Assembly: GCA_963799845.1 (NCBI GenBank)
Contig: CAWCYI010000004.1
Span: 1,728,001 to 1,792,000, forward strand
Origin: an uncultured Nitrososphaerota archaeon
GTDB lineage: Archaea; Thermoproteota; Nitrososphaeria; Nitrososphaerales; CADDZS01
Direction: 5' to 3'
DNA length: 64,000 nt
This document shows positions 21,181 through 31,294 of this stretch, piece after piece. Each line of letters begins with the position of its first letter. Within the stretch, counting starts at the first letter, position 1. A program made the position numbers and the translations under genes. The notes beneath the pieces were generated by a model, which saw only the letters and a program-made list of their open reading frames with translations, did not search any database and had not been told where the DNA came from.

Positions 21181-21207
21181 ATTTACTAGTAACTTCAGCA
21201 GTTGGAT

Positions 21208-22133
21208 CTAGACCTTGATTCTCTTTTCGATCTCATGATCAAGCCAGTCGTGGACAAGAATCCTCTCTTCTATGATTTTCGACCTGACCTCTCTCACTCC
21301 ATCCATTCCTCTTAGTCCACCAGAGATTCGATGAGCTTGCAAGATATTTTGACAAATTGCAGCGATTACTGTGTGGAACTCGGCAGTTGTGTCAATGAAA
21401 ATAATGGGTTCTGTCGATCTGAGAAGGAATCGATCTGCAATACTCTTTTTCTTCATATCAGCAAATGATAATAAAAAAAGGTAAAGAAAGCCTTCAATTC
21501 GCTTCATGTCGACGATGGGATCAGTGAAGAAAGCGTTGTCCTCTGCCAATGACGCGAGCCTTCTTCTCACTGTACGGCTCGAAACCCCTATTTGCGCAGC
21601 TGATGTCAGAAGTACTGCCATGCGAATTTTTTAACAGTGTTCTGATCACCTGCCAATCGGTTGTCCTCAGTTTCGTTTTGCTAGAAGGATAGGTTAGTTT
21701 CCAAGCTAGAGACGGTTGACTTGTCTTGCAAATGGAGCATATCAGTCGAATTTTCCGATTGAGATCATTTCCGTCTTCGTAGTAGAAGATCAACCTGAAT
21801 ACAGACTCGTCATGAAAACTGAAGATAATTACAACTCCCGCGATCAGTTTTAGCTGCGACACGATCTCGTCTTTTGACAAAGAAGCTGTGTTTCCTGATT
21901 CGAGAAGTACACTCTCCGCTTCCATGTTGAAGATGTGCGGATTCAAAATCGCACTCCAAGTCTTTAGAAAACCCGAATCCTCCATTCTTTTCAGGACGCT
22001 TCTTACAGTTTGATCGTCGACTCGAAGTTTCTTCGAAAGATCAGCTAAAGACTGTTGACCACTCCTTCGCAGCATGGAAGGACTAGACAGACTCCCTCAG
22101 GAGCCGAAAGTAAATACTGTCCCTATTTGCCAT
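21208..22133 (-). CDS. Tandem Lrp/AsnC-type winged-HTH regulator; two +1 frameshifts (~22091, ~21602)
   Basis: Two HTH units (SLADLSKKLRVDDQTVR; IAAQIGVSSRTVRRRL). Removing one base at each site gives MANRDSIYFRLLRELSSPSMLRR... as a single ORF. Confidence 0.8.
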
Positions 22134-22253
22134 ACATCACTAGTATAACGGGCATTTTCTTATTGATTCTGTCCAAGTAGACGAATTACGCAAGAGCCAA
22201 GTTAAACATCTTTTGAACGGTAATTATTTTTTCAGCTAGACGAGATATTAAAA

Positions 22254-22895
22254 ATGAAACTTTGCGTGTTCGGTGGGACAGGCGCGACCGGTGTTAATGT
22301 CATTCAAGTGGCCAAATCGAAAGGATACGAGGTCGTGGCACTTGCTCGACGACCAGAGGCCTTGAGAGATCGGTTTCCCGAGATTCAAGTCGTGCCCGGA
22401 GACGTTTTTAAGCCCGAAACCATCAAAGCAGCGATTATCGATAGTGACGCTGTAATTTCGACGCTCGGTCCAGTTGGACGAGCAAGAGAGACGAGTATCT
22501 ACTCGGAGGGCGTACTGAACATTGCACTGGTAATGCAAGAGCTTGGCAAACGGAGGTTGATCGTGGGCGCGTCTCTAATAGGAATCGATCCACATCCTAA
22601 TGCGACCTGGTACACCTTGATTTTTGCTAAACTCATTTTGCAACCAATACTTGGATGCCAATATCGAGATACCGCAAGGATGAAAGTGAAGTTGACCCAG
22701 TTTGATGACTTGGATTGGACTCTCGTTGGACTTCCAATGCTCACAAATGGCGGGGCTAGGGGTCACTTTAGAAGCTCAATAGGCTCACCGCTTAAGCACC
22801 CTTCCAGGATAAGCCGGGCAGATCTAGCCGATTACTTAGTTTCCATTATCAACGAAACCGCGACCTACAGGCAATGGACAGAAGTTTCTTGGTAA
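22254..22895 (+). CDS. NAD(P)H-binding flavin reductase-like protein (BLVRB-like atypical SDR)
   Basis: GGTGATG, LDWTLV and ISRADLA motifs. Confidence 0.88.
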   Translation: MKLCVFGGTGATGVNVIQVAKSKGYEVVALARRPEALRDRFPEIQVVPGDVFKPETIKAAIIDSDAVISTLGPVGRARETSIYSEGVLNIALVMQELGKRRLIVGASLIGIDPHPNATWYTLIFAKLILQPILGCQYRDTARMKVKLTQFDDLDWTLVGLPMLTNGGARGHFRSSIGSPLKHPSRISRADLADYLVSIINETATYRQWTEVSW

Positions 22896-23007
22896 GAAAC
22901 CAATGACTCTCCCATTCGCTCTACATTCCTGTTCATTGTACTGCAAACTTTAATCAACCAGACTTTCCGAAAATTCGTAGTCTATTTCTTTGAAGGTCGA
23001 TTGATAA

Positions 23008-23728
23008 ATGCCCAATTTGAGAAAACCTCTTCTTAAAGAGCCACATTCTTCGCACTCGTTTCTTTCAGATTTTATCCTTGGCAGCCAGGACGGGCTCGTC
23101 AACGTACTTGGAATTCTACTGGGAATTTCCGCCGCGACGAGTGATGTTAGAATAATCTACGTTGCGGCACTCGCAGCTCTGGGCGCCGAATCGATCTCGA
23201 TGGGCGCAGTAGCTTATACCTCCACTGTTGCGAGGCGCAGGCAGTACCCTGAAGGAGACTTCTCGAGAGGAGCTTGAAATGAAAGAGGTCCCAGCCACAG
23301 AGTTCGAAGAGGTGCGGGACATCTTCAAGGGGTGGGGCTATGAGGGCGAGAAGCTTGAAGAAATGACTAACCGCATTGCGTCCAACCCGAAAGCGATGCT
23401 AGAGTTTATGATGTCGTTCGAACTCAAGCTTGCCCCGGTTGAAAAGAGCGAGGCTAGACGGAGCTTTTCAGTTGTGCTATCCTCGACGATTGTCGGGTCG
23501 ATTATACCGCTTATCCCATTTTTCTTCGTGACATCATCTACCATCGCTTCTGGGACGATCGCATCGATAATTCTGAGCGGTGCGACACTATTTTTCATAG
23601 GCGCATACGAAGCGAGGTCGACGATCGGTTCCATATGGTGGAGCGGTTTGCAAATGACGATGATAGGACTGGCGGCCGGATTCGCGGGCTATCTTATCGG
23701 GCACGTGGTGGGAGCCGTGCCTGCTTGA
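23008..23728 (+). CDS. VIT1/CCC1 Fe/Mn transporter; +1 frameshift at ~23248
   Basis: ILGSQDGLV, AESISMG, E-rich loop and GSIIPLIPF motifs, split over two ORFs. Confidence 0.88.
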
Positions 23729-23862
23729 CTGCGAGGCTCAAAGCTGAGCTCTTGACAGCGTCTCAAAACCCTGCTCGTTCATCATTGACGAAAGCGGAAT
23801 TATTCGCTACCAATATATCGGCAAAACGCGACGGATCGACCACAGGTTGGAGAGAATTAGGA

Positions 23863-24201
23863 TTGAGGAAACTGAAATCCATCGACGTCGTTTACGCGAA
23901 CTGGTGTCCCCACTGTGTTCCTACAGCGGTCGAGCCGATGAAGAAAGCGGCTAAAGAGCTGGGCGTTCCGTTGGTGCTGCTCGACATCGACACGAACGCG
24001 GTCAAAAGGGCAGACGAGCTCGTCAGAAAATACGGCGACTGGTCTGAGGATTACATCATACCACAGGTCTTTCTGGAATTCGATGACGGTGAGGTCAAGC
24101 ACGTTTTGACAGGATACTCGGAAGGTGTTTCCCTCACCAAGGCAGCAGTTGAGAGATTCTTGAAAAGCCCGCTGTACCAGAGTTTGACCGTCAAGAGTTG
24201 A
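23863..24201 (+). CDS. Thioredoxin/glutaredoxin-fold protein
   Basis: WCPHC active site and cis-Pro IPQV; TTG start chosen. Confidence 0.8.
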   Translation: MRKLKSIDVVYANWCPHCVPTAVEPMKKAAKELGVPLVLLDIDTNAVKRADELVRKYGDWSEDYIIPQVFLEFDDGEVKHVLTGYSEGVSLTKAAVERFLKSPLYQSLTVKS

Positions 24202-24677
24202 AGGTGCCCATGAATTTGGCCGAAACAGAATTACGCGGACTGGTTGAAGAAAAGCTCAACGAACCAACAACCTGCTATGGTCACTGCGAGCAACAGTCTC
24301 AACTCAGATTTGTAGGTGACCGAGAACTGACAGGGGTTTTTGTCTGCCCTTCCGGTTATGTTTCGAGAATAGTTAGGTATGGCGACGAAATAGACGTTCC
24401 GAAATTCAAGTCGTTTCTCGAAAATGTAGTCGGAAGCAGCTTGGACATCCAGAGCGAAGACATCAGAACCGCAACTCGGTACAGCTGGGACTTCGGCATC
24501 GAGAGCGATAAAGAAAGAATACTGAGGGAAGCGTACTGGACTCAAAATTACAGGAGAACCAAGAGGGGCGATTCTGACCGTTCCGCGCTTTTTCTCTGCA
24601 CGAACTGCAATGAAAACTTCCTAGTCCAGGCCGTAACGAGCAAGTCGTCACTGTGCGAAAGATGCAGCAACGTTTGA
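24198..24677 (+). CDS. Cys-rich hypothetical protein (probable metal-binding)
   Basis: CYGHC, VCPSG, CTNC and CERC motifs; translationally coupled to the thioredoxin gene. Confidence 0.65.
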   Translation: MKVPMNLAETELRGLVEEKLNEPTTCYGHCEQQSQLRFVGDRELTGVFVCPSGYVSRIVRYGDEIDVPKFKSFLENVVGSSLDIQSEDIRTATRYSWDFGIESDKERILREAYWTQNYRRTKRGDSDRSALFLCTNCNENFLVQAVTSKSSLCERCSNV

Positions 24678-24734
24678 GTCCAGAAAATTTTCGAGCCCTA
24701 ACGGGCAAACATGATCTGAAGGTTGTGTTGTCAA

Positions 24735-25079
24735 CTAGAAGCCGTCAAAAAAGAGAACTTCTGGATACGGGTCCTGTCTGGGCCCGTTGAAATCCATTCC
24801 GGTTATTGCTTTGGTGCCGTCTTTGAGCCACACATCGAAAGGATCCTTGGATTGTCCAAAGTCAGCCATAGACTTCTGGACATCATCCGCCTCGAAGAAA
24901 ACTATCAGCGTGCTGCTCTGAGGAAGCTGCTGGAGAAACCAGGCATGTCTCTTTATTTTCAACCGTTTTGAACTTTTTTCGAAATCCTTCTTTTTGTTCT
25001 TGACATCCGCCGCAAAATTTCTTGCCCGTCCTTCATTACCCGGGAGCACGGGAAAGGCGAGACCGACTACTGAGGTCAT
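24735..25079 (-). CDS. Hypothetical protein (DUF6176-like dimeric alpha/beta barrel)
   Basis: FPVLPG...WFLQ...S.DPFDVW.K...ITG.D pattern. Confidence 0.65.
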   Translation of the reverse strand: MTSVVGLAFPVLPGNEGRARNFAADVKNKKKDFEKSSKRLKIKRHAWFLQQLPQSSTLIVFFEADDVQKSMADFGQSKDPFDVWLKDGTKAITGMDFNGPRQDPYPEVLFFDGF

Positions 25080-25234
25080 TATATCGCTAGATTCCGCGGC
25101 CTCGATGGTAGATATACGTTTTCCCCTCGAACTTCAGCCGTTATCTTCGAGATTTTAGGAACCGAAAACAATTGGAATTAATGTATATTTTTGGCCGTCC
25201 ATTTAGACTTGGCTGGAATGAATGCTCACTGTAA

Positions 25235-25462
25235 CTATTGATCGGCAATCTTTTCATCATTCTGCATTCGCCTAAATTGTTCAAGAGTGAGGCCCTTTGT
25301 TTTGGCAAATGCAATTATCCTTCGCGAGCTGAATTCACAGTCTCTGCAGATCCATGCCGAACAAGTGGTGCAGTACTTCACTTCCTTCTTACTCGAATCT
25401 TTCAGTGTCAATCTGCATACGTCGCAAATTCCAATCTCCCACTTGTCGGTCACGTTCCGCAT
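25235..25462 (-). CDS. Small zinc-finger protein
   Basis: CDVC...CTTC...CRDC in 75 aa. Confidence 0.55.
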   Translation of the reverse strand: MRNVTDKWEIGICDVCRLTLKDSSKKEVKYCTTCSAWICRDCEFSSRRIIAFAKTKGLTLEQFRRMQNDEKIADQ

Positions 25463-25506
25463 TCACTTTGAAGAATAGGTCGGAGGATCTCTGATTATCG
25501 CTAAGA

Positions 25507-25929
25507 TTACCCATATGCGGAGATCAGTGGAAGTTTGGAATCACCGCTGGGTTGTGACGAAAATATTTCCTTGACGTCGAGAACCCAAATCCTATGAGGT
25601 TTAGTACCAAACCCGTGTTCCTTCAACTTTGAAATAGCCTGTTGTTCGAGCTGCTCATCGGTAACTTCCATCGCCTCTCCCTTTAACTGAAAGCCGCCCA
25701 TAGTCTGAGCATCAATTACCGAGGCCGTAACTTTGTTCCACGCCATCAAATTTGCCAGAGTTTTGTTTTCGTAAAGATCTGCGAAAAGCAGTCGATCATT
25801 GTTCCCAACTATTCCGAGAACAAATCGCGGCGAAATGTTTGGTACTCCCGCTTTATCGACACTTCCAATAAACGCCACATTGTCATTCTTTATCAACAGC
25901 CGAATTACTTCTTCAGGTATCTGGACCAA
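25507..25929 (-). CDS. Pyridoxamine 5'-phosphate oxidase-like FMN-binding split-barrel protein
   Basis: GVPNISPR, KTLANL and GFQLKG motifs. Confidence 0.85.
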   Translation of the reverse strand: MVQIPEEVIRLLIKNDNVAFIGSVDKAGVPNISPRFVLGIVGNNDRLLFADLYENKTLANLMAWNKVTASVIDAQTMGGFQLKGEAMEVTDEQLEQQAISKLKEHGFGTKPHRIWVLDVKEIFSSQPSGDSKLPLISAYG

Positions 25930-26031
25930 TCCGATATGACCGTGATAGGAATTTCAAAGCCCGAAGCATAAAGCGCTTTCTTGCGTTAAGGAACTCGTTT
26001 CGTTAGAAAGTACATCAGATAGGTCGTTCTT

Positions 26032-26469
26032 CTAGTTCTTCTTTGTTTGGAAATACTTCTTCAGCGGCTCCCAGTAATATGTCATCCATCCTTCACTGTA
26101 CATCTTCGATTGCGAAGCAGGCACTTTGAATTGCACCATCGTGAGCTCAGTTTCTTTTCCCTTGGGCTTGAATGTTAATTCCAGGATCGATGGCGGATAA
26201 CCGCTAGGCCATTCGGTCGTTGACCATTCCTGCACGATCTTTTCGCCCTCCACAAGTTGGAGATACTTGCCGGTGATGTAACCATCTCCGTGCGTCATCT
26301 TCCCGCCGACTTTTGGCACACCTGTTGCCGCCTGGCCGGTAAATTCAGCAGCCTTCTTGGTATCAACATACGCAAGATAGACTTCCTTCGGCTTCCCAGG
26401 GATTATCACTTTCTGGGTTATAGTCGCGACTTTAAGATCGGGACTTTTCTTGCTCATGGTAGTGGGCAT
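26032..26469 (-). CDS. SRPBCC/AHSA1 domain protein
   Basis: GYITG...KIVQEW and GW..YYWEPLKKY motifs. Confidence 0.88.
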   Translation of the reverse strand: MPTTMSKKSPDLKVATITQKVIIPGKPKEVYLAYVDTKKAAEFTGQAATGVPKVGGKMTHGDGYITGKYLQLVEGEKIVQEWSTTEWPSGYPPSILELTFKPKGKETELTMVQFKVPASQSKMYSEGWMTYYWEPLKKYFQTKKN

Positions 26470-26564
26470 TCACAAAAAATTACCTACTAATAAAACATGA
26501 TACGACCGAGAATATTTGCAAATCATACAGGGTTGTTAATAGCAGTCCATGACTTCTTTCTTCT

Positions 26565-28187
26565 TCAAAGATCCTCTCTCCGCCTTATCGAATCCCCCGC
26601 CCTGTTCAAAACGCTATTCAGAATCACCACAGAATAACCTACGCCGGAGATTGCCAGTATGATTCCCAACGGAACAAGTGTTCCAACTCCGAATATACCT
26701 AACAGCCACCCTGCCGCGAGCACGAGAAGCATCAGCGGTCCAACCATCAAGAGGTTGAATGCCGTCTGGAAAACGAAGCGCTTGATGTTTGTCAGGTTCT
26801 GTGCCTGGACAGCCAGGATGTCGTCTGTCGAGCTCTGTGAGTATCTCGCGGCAAAATACATGCTGCCACCCATCGTTATCCCGGCTATCTGCACGGCGCC
26901 GATCAGGGCAAGTACGATGCTGAGGAGTGTTTCCGGCTTTCCGAGATTTCCGGGTATCAACAAGCCTGCGACCACCACGATCGCTGGAGCCAGAAACAAC
27001 AATAGAGGAGTAACTCTCGCAAGAAATACATTCTTCACATAAGAGCGCAGACTTATCGAGGAAGTCTTCAAAATCCACAGCCTCTCCTTCTCGATCCAAC
27101 TCATCGCGTTACCCGAGCCGAACGAGCCGATGATGAACAGGATTAGCAAAAACGATGTCGGAGACGATATGAAAGTCCCCGCTAGAGAATAGATTACCAG
27201 GAAGACCGAGAGTATGAGAGAGCTGAACATTAGACCTCTTGCCTCCTTCGTCCGGCTCATCAGGATTCTTTCCTTTGTCCTGACGACCGACCAGACTGAC
27301 TTTCCTTCTGGGTTCAGCTTTGATACCTCACTCTTGCCGTTGAGACTCGTTTCCGACTGGTCAGGATTGGTGACCTGGAGTAGCTCGTAGAACTGCCGCC
27401 TCGACATTCTTAACCCAATAATCAAAAACCCGACGACCCACATAAGCAATAGTGCAAAGTCGAAAACATAACTTCCAAAACTAATTCCAAGGCCGCTGAC
27501 CAAGCCCACGGTAATTTCGGCGACTATACCGCTCGGGAGAAAACGAATCACGCTGACCACGAGAGAAGACTGCACTCCCGGAATGAGTGTAACTAGGGGT
27601 ATCATGCTGGCGATGAGTATCAGACCGGTCAACACATACTTCAGACTCGACATCCTGCCATCTAAATTGGATCTCTGCGCCAGCGTGATGTCGGCGCTGA
27701 ACAATAAACCCATGAAGAAAAATACCAGCGTCACGAGTCCCGCGACTACAGCCGTAATTGCGGGAGTGTCGTAGAAGAAGGTCGCCCTCAGGTAGAGGAA
27801 GAAGATTGGTGGAAATGTCAGTAGCGTCGTGACTGAATTGAGCAAAATCTTTGCCGTGAATACCTCGGTAGTTTTCACTGGTGCTGTGAAAACATAGTCT
27901 ACGTCGGCAGAAACAAAGGGCAGCCCTGCACCGCTAAACCCGCTCTGCACGAGTCCGATCAAATAAAAGCCAAGTACTAATCCCCACAACGCTTCCGTGA
28001 TCTGGGCTCCTCCCGTCTGCCCGAACCGTGTCGAGAACGAGAGAAATGTACCGCCGGCAAAAAGTAGAAAGACCGAGAGAGCTATCTCCCCCAGGAGCAT
28101 GGCCATAAATGTCGTCTTTGTGAATCTTCCTTTAGACCAATACTTCACAAGTGTCGAAACGTTCCCTACTGATCGCCCAAAGCTCAA
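26565..28187 (-). CDS. Putative ABC exporter permease
   Basis: Multi-TM protein with ADVDYVFTAPV and LWILK motifs; directly downstream of an ABC ATPase. Confidence 0.8.
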   Translation of the reverse strand: MSFGRSVGNVSTLVKYWSKGRFTKTTFMAMLLGEIALSVFLLFAGGTFLSFSTRFGQTGGAQITEALWGLVLGFYLIGLVQSGFSGAGLPFVSADVDYVFTAPVKTTEVFTAKILLNSVTTLLTFPPIFFLYLRATFFYDTPAITAVVAGLVTLVFFFMGLLFSADITLAQRSNLDGRMSSLKYVLTGLILIASMIPLVTLIPGVQSSLVVSVIRFLPSGIVAEITVGLVSGLGISFGSYVFDFALLLMWVVGFLIIGLRMSRRQFYELLQVTNPDQSETSLNGKSEVSKLNPEGKSVWSVVRTKERILMSRTKEARGLMFSSLILSVFLVIYSLAGTFISSPTSFLLILFIIGSFGSGNAMSWIEKERLWILKTSSISLRSYVKNVFLARVTPLLLFLAPAIVVVAGLLIPGNLGKPETLLSIVLALIGAVQIAGITMGGSMYFAARYSQSSTDDILAVQAQNLTNIKRFVFQTAFNLLMVGPLMLLVLAAGWLLGIFGVGTLVPLGIILAISGVGYSVVILNSVLNRAGDSIRRREDL

Positions 28188-28196
28188 GCAGATCGC

Positions 28197-28931
28197 CTAA
28201 CCAGACTCTGTAAGTTTCAGGAAAACGTCGTCCAGTTTCGCATCATCTTTCGTGTTAGCCATCTTGCGTAGCGAGTTCAGCTCCCCAACCGCCACGATCT
28301 TTCCCTTGTCGATAATAGCGATTTTGTTCGCGTAGTCTTGCGCGATGTCAAGGTTGTGAGTTGAGAGAAACACGGTTACACCCCTGCTCGCGGTCATCGT
28401 GATCCACTGGTTCACGAATCTCTGCGTCTTGGGATCCAGCCCGCTGAGCGGTTCGTCCAGAACCAAGAATCGCGGGTCGTGGAGCATGGACGCTATGATT
28501 GCGACCTTTTGCTTCGTTCCCTTTGAGAGACTTCCGACCAGTGCGTTCTTCTTGTCTTCGATGTCAAAAGCTCTCAGGGATTCGGGGATCTTTGAGTCGA
28601 GGTCCTGATCGCTTACTGCTCTAATTTTTCCAACAAACTGAAGAAACTCCGTAACGGTAAGCGCGGTGTAAAGAGAGGCGTTCTCCGGCAAGTATCCGAT
28701 TATTTTCTTAGCCGCTTCTGGCTCCCGCATTATGTCGATTCCATCTAGAACTACGGTACCGCTAGTGGGCCTCAATATTCCGACGATGATTTTCAGAAGA
28801 GTGCTCTTCCCTGCACCGTTCGGCCCCAAAAGTCCGACGATTTCCCCTGAGCCGATCTTGAGGGAGACGTTGTTTAGCGCGATAACATCGCCATACTTCT
28901 TAGTGAGATTCTCTACGATCAGATCTGCCAA
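28197..28931 (-). CDS. ABC transporter ATP-binding protein
   Basis: GPNGAGKS, LSKGTKQK and LDEPLSGLDP motifs. Confidence 0.93.
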   Translation of the reverse strand: MADLIVENLTKKYGDVIALNNVSLKIGSGEIVGLLGPNGAGKSTLLKIIVGILRPTSGTVVLDGIDIMREPEAAKKIIGYLPENASLYTALTVTEFLQFVGKIRAVSDQDLDSKIPESLRAFDIEDKKNALVGSLSKGTKQKVAIIASMLHDPRFLVLDEPLSGLDPKTQRFVNQWITMTASRGVTVFLSTHNLDIAQDYANKIAIIDKGKIVAVGELNSLRKMANTKDDAKLDDVFLKLTESG

Positions 28932-29252
28932 TTGCGTTCACACAGCCAAGAAACCACATCCGCCGTCGTGATAATGATTAAAGTATCAATAGTAATTGCC
29001 AATTTATTTTCGCAAAGCGGCTATTGGGCGCCCAAGCATATAGGGATTGCATCTTGCCGGTTTAGACTGCTCGGAAAGAAGCGATTTGGCGATAGAATTA
29101 CTCAGACCATTGTTGACTATGCACATTTCGGCAAGCCGACGTCTAACGCTGTCTGATTAACTCATATCATTTCGAAGAAAAAAAGAAAGAAGTGGGGAGG
29201 AGCCCGGGCCAGTATGACCAAAGCCCTGTTTCACTTGGAGGTACGTCTGAAT

Positions 29253-30377
29253 CTACGATGCTGCCAGACCAGATGCGCTGGCGGCCAATCCAGACACGGA
29301 ACCTACGGACGAGATGCTGCCTCCCGAGACTAGGAATCCGGTGATGGATGCACCGTTGTGCACGTACAAGAACTGGCTGTTTTGGGTGAAGGCCATATCA
29401 AGGGTCGCTATGAGGGTGATAGCCGCAACAGAGCTGAAAAGCGTCAGCCCGCCATTATTCGAAACGTAGTAACTCGATATGGTTCCGCCGTGGGCGTTTG
29501 CCGCGTACGCAAAGTGACCGCTGCTATCGACCTCAAGCCAGCAGGGCGCCAATCCGAAATCGGGGATTGCTCCGCTGATGATCGACAGTTTTCCTTGGCT
29601 AGAAACGAAGTAGGATGTAACCGAGTTCGATGCGGCCTCTGAAACTAACAATACGTCCTGATTGTTGAACGAAAACCCGTATGGTCCCATTCCTGCAGAG
29701 GTTTGCGAATCAGGCGCGCTTGCGACTCCGCTCTTGCCAACCGTATACGTATCTATGGTGTTCGTACCTTTCTCAGTCACAACGAGAACGTTTCCCCAGT
29801 TGTTGAAACCTATCTGTTCTGGAGAGGGAGTTGATGCCCCGCTCAGCGGCTGGATCGATCCGCTAATGAATGTCAGCACACCCGCATTGCTCAACCTGAA
29901 TCCCGCAATATTTCCAGAGCCTTCGGCATCAAGCACGTAGACAAGCTTTCCGGATACAGCCAGGCTGATCGGATCACTTCCATGCGAGCTTGCCTTGCTT
30001 ACAAATGTCAGACCCACACCATGTACTTTGAATACTGAGATCTGGTTGCTACCTGCATCGACGACCAAGAGCCAGCGGCCGTCAGAAGTCAACACGACAG
30101 CCCCTTGGCTTGCTAAACCGGTTCCGGTACCCAGTCCATGCGTCGAGACCGAACCCAAAGAGGTCAGCGACCCGTCCGAAGCTCTCGCGTAAACCCAGAC
30201 ATTGTTTCCAGATGCAGAATTGTCGATTATGTAGACCGCTCCGGCCACTCCGCTGTATGCAGCGGTGGAGATGCCGACCGAAGCCAGTATTGCTATTATT
30301 GCTGCTAATGATATGATTGATACCATGGCAGTAGACACACCTAAGTTCTTATTCACCGTTCTGAGATTGGTTCTCAT
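29253..30377 (-). CDS. Membrane-anchored or secreted beta-propeller lactonase-family protein
   Basis: N-terminal hydrophobic helix; propeller repeats DGRWLLVVDAGSNQISVF and APCW...AYAAN. Confidence 0.8.
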   Translation of the reverse strand: MRTNLRTVNKNLGVSTAMVSIISLAAIIAILASVGISTAAYSGVAGAVYIIDNSASGNNVWVYARASDGSLTSLGSVSTHGLGTGTGLASQGAVVLTSDGRWLLVVDAGSNQISVFKVHGVGLTFVSKASSHGSDPISLAVSGKLVYVLDAEGSGNIAGFRLSNAGVLTFISGSIQPLSGASTPSPEQIGFNNWGNVLVVTEKGTNTIDTYTVGKSGVASAPDSQTSAGMGPYGFSFNNQDVLLVSEAASNSVTSYFVSSQGKLSIISGAIPDFGLAPCWLEVDSSGHFAYAANAHGGTISSYYVSNNGGLTLFSSVAAITLIATLDMAFTQNSQFLYVHNGASITGFLVSGGSISSVGSVSGLAASASGLAAS

Positions 30378-30661
30378 GATTCCAGCGGATGAAGGGAAAT
30401 TATTTAGGTAAACTTCAATCTCTGTTACAAATCTCTTCGAAATTTGTTGCACATCGCATGTCTACTTTGCGATGAATCCACGGTTCAAAGATTAACGCAG
30501 GCAAGTACGCTTCGATGTTCTAGAACAATCTTCTAGTTCTATTAGGTACCCATATTCCCATCCTGGCGGATATGTCCTCACTGTCCTGAGCCTACTTACT
30601 GGGGAATCTCTGGAACTGCCCTAACTGTCGACTACTTATTTCATGTCGGCCAAAAAATGCT

Positions 30662-31012
30662 TCAACTTCCCCCAGCTGGAGAAACTTTCTCATTACGATT
30701 TCCTTTCCCGTCGGGCTCGTTCAAAAATCTCCTGATCCCAGTTCCAAACATCAGCATAGTCAACCAGAATCCCACCATAAGTGCCACTAGGGCGTAGTTG
30801 CTGTAGAGATTCAGTACGCTCAATCCAATTGAGATGATCGTCGCAGTTATGAAATTCGAAAGGCCCCAAATAATGTTGGTTCTGGGAGGAGACTTTTGAC
30901 CAAATGGGCTCCTGAATATTTTCCCCGCGGCTCCAAATACAAAGTGCGGCACCCCGTTGCCTAGCAGAAATCCTATAACGAAATACCAGATCAAAAAAAG
31001 TTGGAGTGCCAA
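30662..31012 (-). CDS. Hypothetical membrane protein
   Basis: NGVPHF..G..G..F.SPF...S....NIIWG..N pattern with 3 TM segments. Confidence 0.7.
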   Translation of the reverse strand: MALQLFLIWYFVIGFLLGNGVPHFVFGAAGKIFRSPFGQKSPPRTNIIWGLSNFITATIISIGLSVLNLYSNYALVALMVGFWLTMLMFGTGIRRFLNEPDGKGNRNEKVSPAGGS

Positions 31013-31021
31013 TTAAAGCCC

Positions 31022-31294
31022 TCAGGGTTTATCTGTCGAAGGATCCGGACCAGTAGCCGCACCTTGCTTATTCTCGACGACTGTCTTTGGTTTCTCCTTC
31101 CTTGTACCCATCATGAATCCGATTACTGCGAGAACGAATCCAAACAATGCAATGACGGAACCGGCATATATCCAGAAAGTCACTCCACTCATCATAGAAC
31201 CGGGAAGAATCCCGTCACCTTGAAGAGCAAATCCCGTGCCGAACAAGATCAGCAAGATTCCAACGATTACCAGTACCATGAAAGAGCGTTTCAA
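31022..31294 (-). CDS. Small two-TM membrane protein, paralogue of 10065..10352
   Basis: ALQGDG..GS.M.G..FWIYAGS is shared with 10065..10352; TTG start chosen from the alignment. Confidence 0.7.
   Translation of the reverse strand: MKRSFMVLVIVGILLILFGTGFALQGDGILPGSMMSGVTFWIYAGSVIALFGFVLAVIGFMMGTRKEKPKTVVENKQGAATGPDPSTDKP

Noticed and set aside
15199-21192. Intact tRNA gene, split tRNA or CRISPR repeat
   Set aside because: Only the T-arm and acceptor 3' strand are present, with no D-arm or anticodon arm. There are just two copies 6 kb apart, with no spacers or cas genes.
23635-23862. N-terminal extension of the thioredoxin ORF (188 aa in the track)
   Set aside because: It overlaps the VIT1 3' end and intergenic DNA; the fold begins at ~23863.
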